A stretch of DNA of 64,000 nt from a bacterium (lineage in GTDB: Bacteria > UBA8248). Below, one piece after another: positions 21,647-30,500 of this stretch. The notes beneath the pieces are model-generated. The model had not been told where the DNA came from and did no database searches. It was given only the letters and a program-made list of their open reading frames with translations. Both the position numbers and the translations under genes were made by a program. Within the stretch, counting starts at the first letter, position 1. Every line of letters starts with the position of its first letter. The DNA lies in contig OZ253442.1 in assembly GCA_965261085.1 (NCBI GenBank), positions 4,064,001 to 4,128,000 of the forward strand, read 5' to 3'.

Positions 21647-22420
21647 TTATGGTCGCTTATGGCGGGCATCCAGAAACCCCTCCGCCATCCGAACGAGCAA
21701 ACTTTCGCTCCCGGCAGGGCCAAGCAGGGTGATCCCGTGGGGCACGCCCGGGGAGGTGAGGCCATTCGGGATGCTGATCGCCGCAAGACCGAGAGGATTC
21801 GCAAAATTGGTGTAGTAGCCGTTGTTGAAGTTGGGTTTCAGTGGCTCCCGCATCACTTCATCCACAGTTACAATCGTTCCTACTGTCGGCACGAGTAGCG
21901 CGTCGAATTCCCTCCAGAACGATTCGAGCCGCCGCCTGGCCTCCGCAACCCTATAAAGCGCACGGTACGCATCAGCCGCCGTCTGCGAACCGCTACCCAG
22001 GATTAAATCGCGGACCACTTTTTCTCCGGGTTCCGGGCCACGCCGTAGGGAGAACGCACTCCCACGAGGCCCGTTGCGAACTGGTCCATGTTGGTTTTGC
22101 CGATATAAAGGGCGCCGGCCTCAAGTGCTTTATCCACCACAGGGCTGGACGCCCCGGGCGCATAAGCGAATTCCGGGCAAGCCGCCGTCGTCGGCGCCCC
22201 AACCAAATCTATGCAATCCTTGATGCTGAGCACGAGACCGTAGAGTGGCAGCGCGTCAATTTCTCCGATCCTCTCGTCCATTTCCCGGGCGGCCGCCATC
22301 GCGGCATCAGGCGCCACGGTGGAAATCCAGACCCCCGTTTGGTCGGGGTCGCCCAGTCGGCCCAACACGTGAGCCATGACTTCAGAGGGTTTGATTTCGC
22401 CCGAGACGTACCGGAACCGA
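21647..22420 (-). pseudogene. atzF: allophanate hydrolase (amidase signature) remnant with large internal deletion
   Basis: N-terminal fragment LPLYGLVLSIKDCID..GAPTTAACPEFAY...GKTNMDQFATGLVGVRSPYG..RNP is joined out of frame at about 22020 to C-terminal fragment AADAYRALYR...DALLVPT...GYYTNFAN...GITLLGPAG. The GGSS and GTDTAGS motifs are absent. Confidence 0.88.
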
Positions 22421-22472
22421 TCACCTGGATTCACTGGAAGAAGGACCCTCATGACGGACGACACCGTCCTGG

Positions 22473-22730
22473 GCGACGCTGGTTGTTCATCACATCGACG
22501 ATGGATGCCGTGCAACGCCTTATGACGCCGGTCAAGGAATTTTCTATGAATTGCCGAACAATCTGCGCAAGCATTTCGTTTCCGTAAGCGGAGGCCATGA
22601 ACCAAAAAGCCGGCCTTGCCAGGCTAGAAGTCAGCATGGCTTCTTCGGGGTGGAGCGTGAAACGGTGGCCGCTATTGTCAACTGGATCAACGGAAAAACG
22701 CCGCCGAAGCATGTAGCACCGCGAAACTAA
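22473..22730 (+). pseudogene. C-terminal fragment of an alpha/beta-hydrolase-like protein (no start codon; not in the ORF track)
   Basis: Manual translation ATLVVHHIDDGCRATPY...VSVSGG...PCQARSQHGFFGVERETVAAIVNWINGK, ending at TAA 22728-22730. Confidence 0.6.
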
Positions 22731-22768
22731 TCATTGGCCAACGAAGATTCATCATAAAATGGGATGCC

Positions 22769-23289
22769 ATGAGAATATATAAAATGCGTAACCAAATTAT
22801 AATTGCATCTATCCTCATTTTCGCACTCAGCTCCGTTTGCGTCGCGGATACGATTATTCTGTCGGTTATCCTCGCATCATAGATGGCGATTCGCTGGCCT
22901 TCAGGAAAGAGCGGGTGCGCCTCAAGGCGGTAGACGCCCCGGAGACAAGGCAATCATGTGGCCGGCCGGACGGCTCGGAGTATCCTTGCGGCAAGCTGGC
23001 GACCGCCGCGCTTCGGGTACGGATAGGAACCTCGCGGGTCGAATGCGAGACTATGGGGCGCGGGCGCTATGGCCGCCACTTGGCGATATGCCGAAACCCC
23101 GGGATGGCAATCAGCCTGAATGAGTGGTTGGTCTTGAACGGCCACGTGCTGGCCTATAGGCATTTTGACAAGCGGTATGTCGCTCAGGAAAATTCCGCTA
23201 GGGCTGCAATGATTGGTATCTGGCAAGGCCATTTTCAAGCGCCGTTGAACTGGGACAAAGAGCGGAGGGCAAAGAGGAACGGGAGGTAG
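22769..23289 (+). pseudogene. thermonuclease (SNase) family protein with signal peptide out of frame
   Basis: IIDGDSL...VRLKAVDAPETRQ.C...CG...GRYGRHLAIC...AAMIGIWQG. Signal-like MRNQIIIASILIFALSSVCVAD is in another frame, with the shift near 22859. Confidence 0.75.
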
Positions 23290-23292
23290 CCA

Positions 23293-23703
23293 ATGAGCGA
23301 ACCAGACGAGCGAATCACGTGCAAGGATGCAATGTTTATTGGTGCTATCGGTGGAGCTTTTGCTGGAGTGGCATCTTACGCTTTCCCGGAGAACATCTTT
23401 TTCAATGGCCCCTTGCTCTTTGGCTTCATTATCCGAATTGCGGGTTACGCGTTTTGCGGATTGCTCTATGGCTATTTGAGAAAGCTACCTGATGAGCGAT
23501 GGGCGGCGTTCGAACGCGGCATGATTGCTCCCTTGGTGTTCTCTACTTTATTGTTCAACTATACGCCGGACAAGGGAAGATTGGATAAGATTTTTGATTC
23601 TTCAGCGTTCGTGAGTGTGGCTTATGCAAAGTCAATCCCAAAGAGCGGAGTAAAAGGTACGTCAATCATCCGGCAAATCATCAAAGGAATCCTTGGGAAA
23701 TAA
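23293..23703 (+). CDS. small membrane protein, about 3 TM, unknown function
   Basis: GGAGG RBS and three hydrophobic segments. Confidence 0.65.
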   Translation: MSEPDERITCKDAMFIGAIGGAFAGVASYAFPENIFFNGPLLFGFIIRIAGYAFCGLLYGYLRKLPDERWAAFERGMIAPLVFSTLLFNYTPDKGRLDKIFDSSAFVSVAYAKSIPKSGVKGTSIIRQIIKGILGK

Positions 23704-23733
23704 TCAATTATCGCAATAAGGGAGAGGCATAAA

Positions 23734-25095
23734 ATGAAGCGTATCTGCGCGATTCTGATGGCATTCCTGCTGAGCGGCTGCGGCGGTGGCGGGAGTGCGG
23801 TTATCCCGAGAACACCTTCTGTCATTCCGTTGCAAGCTCCTGTTCATGCGCGACAGGCCCCGATAATCGAATATAGCGATACCTTGCACATCGGAGCCGG
23901 AGTCAAGCCGGAGGCGAACCAGCTTGCATCAGTGAGCCAGGATGGCGATATGGTTATCTCATCCGGTCATATGCGGGATGGAGCGGGTCGCGAGGCCATT
24001 ATCGCATTCTTGGGCCAATTCATCGAAAACTCTAGCCAGCTCTACGAAGACGAACCGTCGCTTCATACATGGGCAAGTCCGCCGGTAGTCCGCGTAGCGG
24101 AAGGAACCACCCCCAGGCAGACGGATTATGCCGTTCAGGCAGTTCAGATAATCAACGCATATCTTCCTCGTGAGAACAGGCTGCGATTCAGCGGGGTTCC
24201 GTTTCCGCCTGGCGTCGGCACATTTGAAGTATCGGAAGGAGATATATTTATCGACTACGCCCCGCACGCGAGATGGAACCCACCGAGCAGACTGGTATAC
24301 CGCGGAGTAGCGCGTCCGGTTCCTGTTTCCACTGCCGAATTTGAAGGCGGACCAGTGACATTCGTCAAAATGCACAGCGCCAGAATATGGATAAATGAGG
24401 ACAGAATCAGGCAGTTTACCGATGAGGCTAATATTCTGCTGCTGGTCCACGAACTTCTACACGCCCTTGGTCTACAACCTGGACACCCGGATTACGACAT
24501 TTACCATGATTCGATTATGCGTTCGCGTGTTCCCCGTTCTTATTCAGACCGCATTCTCGGCCCGGTTGACCACGACGCGATTCAGGCCATTTACGCCGCT
24601 TATGAGCCGGGCGAGACGGACGTGCACAGCCTTGGCGCATGGAGCGATACATCGTTCCACGTTCGCGGAGATATTGGAGATATCGCATTCGGCGCGGCCT
24701 CGAGAAACGGCCTGGTTCAGCCCTGGGCGCACGGCCCAAGCTCGGCAACGAATCTGGCGGATAATCAGGCTCTATCGGGAAGCGTAAGCTGGTCCGGTCG
24801 CCTCCTGGGTATGACTTCCGATTCTGAGCCACTGATCGGAGATACCCGATTGAACATCAACATTGGAACGCTCAGGGGGCAGATTGACTTCACGGACTTG
24901 GAATATGTCGATTCAAGGACAATTTGGAATGACGGCGACCTCAGCTACAGCGTCATCGTCCGGGGCAATACATTCACGCAGACGGGTGGCGATGCTGGCG
25001 AGGTTACGGGCGCATTTTTCGGGTCAAACCACGAAGGAATGGGCGGTGTCGTGGAGAGAAACGATATGTCCGCTGGATTTGGAGGGAGAAGATAA
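23734..25095 (+). CDS. lipoprotein with a zincin metallopeptidase motif and a C-terminal transferrin-binding-protein-like beta domain
   Basis: Lipobox LSGC-GGGGS; HELLHALGLQPGH...SIM (HExxH..H plus Met-turn-like); C-terminal WSGRLLG...VTGAFFGSNHEGMGGV...AGFGGRR. Confidence 0.75.
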   Translation: MKRICAILMAFLLSGCGGGGSAVIPRTPSVIPLQAPVHARQAPIIEYSDTLHIGAGVKPEANQLASVSQDGDMVISSGHMRDGAGREAIIAFLGQFIENSSQLYEDEPSLHTWASPPVVRVAEGTTPRQTDYAVQAVQIINAYLPRENRLRFSGVPFPPGVGTFEVSEGDIFIDYAPHARWNPPSRLVYRGVARPVPVSTAEFEGGPVTFVKMHSARIWINEDRIRQFTDEANILLLVHELLHALGLQPGHPDYDIYHDSIMRSRVPRSYSDRILGPVDHDAIQAIYAAYEPGETDVHSLGAWSDTSFHVRGDIGDIAFGAASRNGLVQPWAHGPSSATNLADNQALSGSVSWSGRLLGMTSDSEPLIGDTRLNINIGTLRGQIDFTDLEYVDSRTIWNDGDLSYSVIVRGNTFTQTGGDAGEVTGAFFGSNHEGMGGVVERNDMSAGFGGRR

Positions 25096-25330
25096 TGATG
25101 CGTTATTTCGTATTGTTGGGCCTTTCCCTGTTTTTGTTGGGATGCGCACCTGTTCTTCACAAAATGGGCTTGAAGGAATGCGGCCCTGTTTATGGAAACT
25201 GGTGCGGAGAGAATTAACCGATTGGCAAAAAAATCGTCCAGTTCCTGTAGATGATTGGGACAGGGCCTGCCGAACACATGATGATTGCTATACGAAAAAG
25301 AGAAAAACAAAGCGCATCATGAAACGATAG
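25095..25330 (+). pseudogene. lipoprotein with a secretory phospholipase A2-like motif, disrupted
   Basis: MMRYFVLLGLSLFLLGC (lipobox)...YGNWCGEN, TAA, then in a shifted frame PVDDWDRACRTHDDCY. Start overlaps the upstream stop (TAATG). Confidence 0.7.
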
Positions 25331-25337
25331 CCATGCC

Positions 25338-26111
25338 TTACCTTTCCGTTGACCGGAGAATGGCGGTGAACAGGCTCAGGAATGCACCGCTCACCAGCAG
25401 CACGGTCAGCAAATGAAATATCCGCTCAGAAATACGGGAAGCCAGGACATGCCCGGCGATCAGGCCGATGAGCGTCGCGGGAGCCAAGCGAATCGTTTGG
25501 TCAATGACAGTCTGTGATATGCCTTGACTGACAAGATGGACTCCAATCATCCCCGCATAAGAACCGACCATGAGCACCACCAGCGTGGCCCTGATCGACA
25601 TTTTCGAGAGGCCCAGCCCGAACAAATAGCCCATAGCGGGAGGGCCGGGCATGGCCAAGGCCGTACTCATGGCGCCCGACAGAACTCCGGCGCCGACCCC
25701 CCGCCAGGGTTTCGATTGGTTGCCGTGGTGTTCTGCCGGATCGCGCCGGGGGCGGAACAACCCGACGAGCGCAAACCCAACAACGAAGACCGCGATCGAT
25801 TGGAGCATGACCCCCGACATCGATACCTGGAAAAAATAGCCGAGAGGAAGGCCTAGCGCCGTACCCGCGCCCAACAGAGCGAGCGCCTTGCGATCGCAGT
25901 GTCCGACCAGTGATGGCGCCAGAATCACGACGATCCCGAAAGTCAAAATGCCCGTGGACTGGACAGCGTCCGGAATGTTCAAAAACGCCAGCAACATCGG
26001 GCCGACAATCATGCCGAATCCGAACCCGGTCGCGGATTGGAGCATGGCGGCCGAGAATGCAACAACAATCAGTGCGGCATCAAATGTGGCGACCCCCATG
26101 AGCTCAGTCAT
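25338..26111 (-). CDS. TauE/SafE (TSUP) family membrane transporter
   Basis: QSATGFGFGM..P and GVLSGAMSTALAMPGPP repeat motifs; about 8 TM. Confidence 0.88.
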   Translation of the reverse strand: MTELMGVATFDAALIVVAFSAAMLQSATGFGFGMIVGPMLLAFLNIPDAVQSTGILTFGIVVILAPSLVGHCDRKALALLGAGTALGLPLGYFFQVSMSGVMLQSIAVFVVGFALVGLFRPRRDPAEHHGNQSKPWRGVGAGVLSGAMSTALAMPGPPAMGYLFGLGLSKMSIRATLVVLMVGSYAGMIGVHLVSQGISQTVIDQTIRLAPATLIGLIAGHVLASRISERIFHLLTVLLVSGAFLSLFTAILRSTER

Positions 26112-26952
26112 TTTGAGACTCAAAAGCGAGCATACTCTCGGTGCGAATGGTCTCCAGGCACTTGAGTTTGAGTTCGTTGTAATCCTGGTTCGTCACCACG
26201 CTTTGGAAACGGGGACGGGGAACCCTGTTGGGCAGATCGGAAATGACGTGGCCGGGATTCGCGCTCATAATCAGGATGCGGTCAGAAAGAAAAACCGCTT
26301 CATCCACGTCGTGGGTGACGAACACGACCGTCGTGCCGAACTCTCTCCAGATGTTCAGCAGATTTTCCTGCATCATGATGCGCGTCTGAGCGTCCAGGGC
26401 TCCAAACGGCTCGTCCATCAGCAGTACGCTCGGGTAGGTTGCAAGCGCCCGGGCGATGCCGACGCGTTGCTGCATGCCGCCCGATAATTCCGCTGGATAG
26501 TGGTCCCGATACTTGAACAGGCCCACCATCTCCAGAAGGGTTCTGGCCGTCGTATTCGCCTCGACGTCATTGGCGAACCGGGGACCCATTGCGATGTTGT
26601 CGAAAATCGTTTTCCACGGGAACAGGGAGTATTCCTGAAATACCATGCCGCGGTCAGGACCGGGCCCATGGATTTCCTGGCCGTCAACCCTCACCCTGCC
26701 GGTCGTTGGCTTCACGAATCCCGCAATCGAATTCAACAGGGTCGATTTACCGCAACCGGAAGGCCCAAGCAGACAGACGAATTCGCTGGATCTAATCTCA
26801 ATCGATGTCTCCTGAACCGCGACGTTTTCTTTCCCCCGTTTCCCGTAAACAATGGAGACTTTCTCGATTGAAATATGGCCGCGATTAGAAGTGACCTGAC
26901 GTCTTCCTGGCGGCGCGGCGATTTTCTCGTCTTTTTTTTCGATTATCGGCAT
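26104..26952 (-). CDS. ABC transporter ATP-binding protein, nitrate/sulfonate/taurine type (orphan)
   Basis: GPSGCGKST, VFQEYSLFPW, LSGGMQQR, LLMDEPFGALDAQTR and VTHDVDEAVFLSDR. Confidence 0.95.
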   Translation of the reverse strand: MPIIEKKDEKIAAPPGRRQVTSNRGHISIEKVSIVYGKRGKENVAVQETSIEIRSSEFVCLLGPSGCGKSTLLNSIAGFVKPTTGRVRVDGQEIHGPGPDRGMVFQEYSLFPWKTIFDNIAMGPRFANDVEANTTARTLLEMVGLFKYRDHYPAELSGGMQQRVGIARALATYPSVLLMDEPFGALDAQTRIMMQENLLNIWREFGTTVVFVTHDVDEAVFLSDRILIMSANPGHVISDLPNRVPRPRFQSVVTNQDYNELKLKCLETIRTESMLAFESQND

Positions 26953-27499
26953 ATCTTCGCTGGTTTCCGTGGAAAATCGGGGTTTTCTGCGAATATCCGT
27001 CAGGGGGTAATCTACGGGGGGGATAATTCCAAAGAATTACGACGATGTTAAGCTGCTGTTTCCGCCTTATTTCGAGAACATTTCCCGAATAGCCTGTTGC
27101 GTCTCCCTGCGAGCCGGATTGCTGTGTCAATTATTCCGTGGTTTTGCCCACTCCCTCGCCTACCGGATGAGGTCTATAGAGAAGAGGGAAAACACCGGCT
27201 CAGATAGGATAAGAAAAATCGATGATTCAGGTATGACGTTCCGTCACCCCGGCGCCATACCCAATTCTACCCGTAACCAGAAACTCGCATCCAGGCGATG
27301 TATTTTCCTCTTGACTTTTAATTATTTTCATATCAAAGTTTCTTGTAGACACTTCGCTTAGAGTAGGGGCTTCCGCCTCTCCGTCCGAGCGAGGAAGCAC
27401 GAACCGCCCGAAGAGTTCGGAGGGGGTGAGTGGCTTTCCCCGTCCGAGGAGGTACAAGTGGCGCCGCACACCCGGCGCACTCCAGGAGGGGGAAACGCT

Positions 27500-27688
27500 A
27501 TGCTCAAGGACGGCAAGCCCACGACAAATGGATGGTTGTTCGTCGCTTTGCTCATTCTTATCCTGACAACAACGGTCAATCCCTTCATCAACTACAAGTA
27601 CTTCACGATCTTGTGGTATCCGCTGGTCGCCCTCTACGGGCTCTGGGTGCTGATTCGTGTGGTGTACGAAGAGGAGGACGCGTCATGA
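27500..27688 (+). CDS. small 2-TM accessory protein of the SSS transporter
   Basis: AGGAGG RBS; 62 aa with two hydrophobic helices; stop overlaps the SSS start (ATGA). Confidence 0.75.
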   Translation: MLKDGKPTTNGWLFVALLILILTTTVNPFINYKYFTILWYPLVALYGLWVLIRVVYEEEDAS

Positions 27689-29154
27689 TATGGTCCTCGC
27701 CGTACTTCATCTTCGGGTGTGTCGTCGTCTACCTGATCGTCACCATCTTGGTCGTTTACCGTTATCACTCTGAAGAGGCGACCGAGGAAGATTATTACGT
27801 GGCCGGCCGTAACGTCGGCTACATTCCCAACTCGTTCAGCATAGTGGCCACGCTCATGTCGGGCGGGATCTACCTGGGCACGGTGGGCTGGTTCTACCTG
27901 AAGGGCGTGGGCTTCGTGGGCTACGGGTTCGCTTACGCGTTCATGGTGTTCCCGCTCTGGTACATCGGCAAGCGCCTCTGGCCGGTGGGTAAGAAGTTCA
28001 ACTACGTCACCGCACAGGATTTCTACGGGGATTTCTACCAGAGTGAGCTTCTCCGGATCTGCGGGGCCGTCGGGACCGTCATCTTCCTGGTTCCCTATTT
28101 CGCCTCGAACGCCGTCGCCATGGGCACCGTCCTCGAGCGGTTCGCAGGCATTCCTTACATCTGGGGGGTGCTCCTCCTGCTCGTCATCGGAGTGGGCTAC
28201 ACCATCTACGGAGGGATGCGAGGGGTCATCTATACCGACGTCTTACAGGGCGTAATCTCCTTGGCTTTCGGTGTGGTGGCGCTTTCGTATCTCTTTTACG
28301 CCGTGGGCGGTTACACCAAGTTGATCGATGCGCTACCTGAGTCGCATACCCTGTTTACGTCCGACGCCATAACCTTCGGGCTTTTCCTCGGCTGGTTCGT
28401 GTTTATGGCCTCCCATCCCCTTACGATGGGAGACCGCATGACGCGCATGTACACCATCCGCAGCCTGGAAGAATATCGCCGAAACGTGATTCTGACGGCG
28501 GTGATGCTGCTCGTGATGGTCGTGATTTTCCTCTTCCTGGGGCTGATCAGCCGCGTCTTCGCCGGCCCTGGGTTGAACATGGACCAAGCCATCCTCGTGA
28601 CCATCCAGAAGCAGGCCCCCTGGCTTATGGCCTGGCTGGTGGTGGTCGTCTGGGCGTGCGGCATGTCCACCCTGGACTCCGGCCTTGTGGGCGCGAACGC
28701 CATCATATCGAAGGACATCGTCCGGGGCTTCGTCAAGAAGGACGTCTCCCAGGCGCAATCCGTCCTGATCGGGAAGTGGGCCATGTTGGTCTTCGGGTTT
28801 CTGGCCGTGTGGATCGCCCTCGCCCGGCCGCCCTACATCTGGGCCCTTGTCAAGCTGGTGGTGATGTTCCACATGCAGTTCCTGCCCCTGCTGATCGGTG
28901 GCCTCTACTGGAAGCGGGCCTCGAAGCTGGGGGCTGAGGTGGGTTGGGTCGTCGGGGTGGCGCTCGGCACCTACTACACCTTCTTCGCCTCGGGGCCACC
29001 GCCCATCAACGTGGGCAGCGCGCCGGCGCCGGGCTTCTTCGGGCTGCTGGTGAACGCGGTGCTCTTCATCGGGATCTCTTACTTCGCCTCTCCGCTGCCC
29101 GCCGAGCACCGGGCGAAGTACGAGAGCGCGTGGAACGGGGAAGAAACGGAGTGA
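27685..29154 (+). CDS. sodium:solute symporter (SSS) family transporter
   Basis: EDYYVAGR, ATLMSGG.YLG, YTIYGGMRGVIYTDVLQG, MSTLDS and GLYWKRA. Confidence 0.93.
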   Translation: MIWSSPYFIFGCVVVYLIVTILVVYRYHSEEATEEDYYVAGRNVGYIPNSFSIVATLMSGGIYLGTVGWFYLKGVGFVGYGFAYAFMVFPLWYIGKRLWPVGKKFNYVTAQDFYGDFYQSELLRICGAVGTVIFLVPYFASNAVAMGTVLERFAGIPYIWGVLLLLVIGVGYTIYGGMRGVIYTDVLQGVISLAFGVVALSYLFYAVGGYTKLIDALPESHTLFTSDAITFGLFLGWFVFMASHPLTMGDRMTRMYTIRSLEEYRRNVILTAVMLLVMVVIFLFLGLISRVFAGPGLNMDQAILVTIQKQAPWLMAWLVVVVWACGMSTLDSGLVGANAIISKDIVRGFVKKDVSQAQSVLIGKWAMLVFGFLAVWIALARPPYIWALVKLVVMFHMQFLPLLIGGLYWKRASKLGAEVGWVVGVALGTYYTFFASGPPPINVGSAPAPGFFGLLVNAVLFIGISYFASPLPAEHRAKYESAWNGEETE

Positions 29155-29243
29155 GGAACCGTTTTTGAAGGGGTGGGGAGATTCGGCAGGTCATGCGGAT
29201 GGGACGACCGAAACGAGCAGACCATGGCGGCCTGGTTTCCCGC

Positions 29244-29275
29244 GTCCTCAACCGTGCGAACGCGCGGTTGAGGAC
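29244..29275. terminator. long hairpin downstream of the SSS gene
   Basis: GTCCTCAACCGTGCG-AA-CGCGCGGTTGAGGAC. Confidence 0.5.
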
Positions 29276-29996
29276 CTTTGAGAATGGAACGGACCGAGAC
29301 GCGACTGACGGCTTATCGTGTGTTGTTACCGAATCGTTAGCATATAGTGGTGTGGCCGAGGGAAGATAGGTATCGATGCGCATGTTGATAGGAGGCGTTT
29401 GCGTCTCATTTCACGGCGAAACGGGTGAATCGAAATATAGTCGTATTTACAACGATATGACGAATTAAAATCAGCCCTCATTCAGCACCGAACGGATTTT
29501 GCGCAGCGCCGCTACGGTTTGGGCGAGTTCGTGGCGCCCGAGTGTAGCCGAAAAATAATAATCGCAAATCGAGGCGGAATCCTCCGTATCACGGTTCCCA
29601 TCTCCCCCGTGCTTGTGGCGCCGCCCGCATCTTCCCCATTCGCCATTATTTTTTCTCCCCACAGTGGGCGGTGAACGTCTACGGCTCATCTCCTCTTTCT
29701 TTCGAGGCTTCAAAATGCGCCGACCTTCTCCATGAATCCGGGGCGATTTTCGGGGAGCGCTCCACGGCGCATCTTCAGGGTCAGGATGATTTCAACCGCG
29801 CTCATTCGCATCAAAGGCCGATCGGTGGGAAAATAGTTCTCAAGTCTCATGGGATTTACTCAAGAGTCGGGAGGGGCGCCTGAATTTCGCCATCCCGATT
29901 GGAGCATTCATCGAGGGAGCGTTCACCGGCATCGGCGGGCGGGCGCTCTTGGATGTCTGCGTTATTTCATCCCGCCGCATGTATGGAGGAACTTCA

Positions 29997-30464
29997 ATGC
30001 TGGAAGATCATCATCATTTCATGGGGTTGACGCTCGAGGAATCACGTCTTGCGCTCGAGGCGGGGAACTCCCCCGTCGGCTCGATCATCGTCAGAGATGG
30101 AGAAGTGATCGGCAGGGGACAAAATCGCGTCAACTCTCACGCCGACCCCACCTGCCACGGCGAGACCGACGCCATTCGAAACGCATGCCGGGCACTGGGT
30201 TCTCCCGACCTGTCCGGGTCGACGCTCTATACGGCGATGGAACCCTGCCCGATGTGCTGCTGGTCAATCGTCCTGGCGAATATCGAAACGCTCGTTCTGG
30301 GCGCGCGCCATGCCGAGATGAGGCGAACCGACCATGGAGACTATTCCGTCGAAAAGCTCCTGGCCATGGGGAATCGAACCGTCAATCTCGTCACGGGCGT
30401 TCGGGTGGCCGAATGCGAGGCCCTCAGGCGCAGTTGGTCGGGGTGGGTGGAACCCAAACCGTAG
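29997..30464 (+). CDS. nucleoside/nucleobase deaminase (cytidine deaminase-like, TadA/GuaD family)
   Basis: PVGSIIV, DPTCHGETDAIR and LYTAMEPCPMC zinc motifs; GGAGG RBS. Confidence 0.9.
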   Translation: MLEDHHHFMGLTLEESRLALEAGNSPVGSIIVRDGEVIGRGQNRVNSHADPTCHGETDAIRNACRALGSPDLSGSTLYTAMEPCPMCCWSIVLANIETLVLGARHAEMRRTDHGDYSVEKLLAMGNRTVNLVTGVRVAECEALRRSWSGWVEPKP

Positions 30465-30500
30465 CCACCGGGCCGTCCGCGAAAATGAGGAGAAAGAATC

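Noticed and set aside
22473-25330. Integron cassette array or prophage remnant
   Set aside because: Genes abut with no room for attC sites, and there are no integrase or phage structural genes
27350-27460. ykkC/guanidine-I riboswitch-like words (TAGGGGCTTCCG...GTCCGAGCGAG) upstream of the SSS operon
   Set aside because: The conserved 3' half (ACACGGCGGGA..AAAAGCCCGGGAG) is absent. An Rfam/Infernal scan would be needed, so it was not called.
29280-29990. Short ORFs between the SSS gene and the deaminase
   Set aside because: No recognisable family; may be gene debris but cannot be supported without a search
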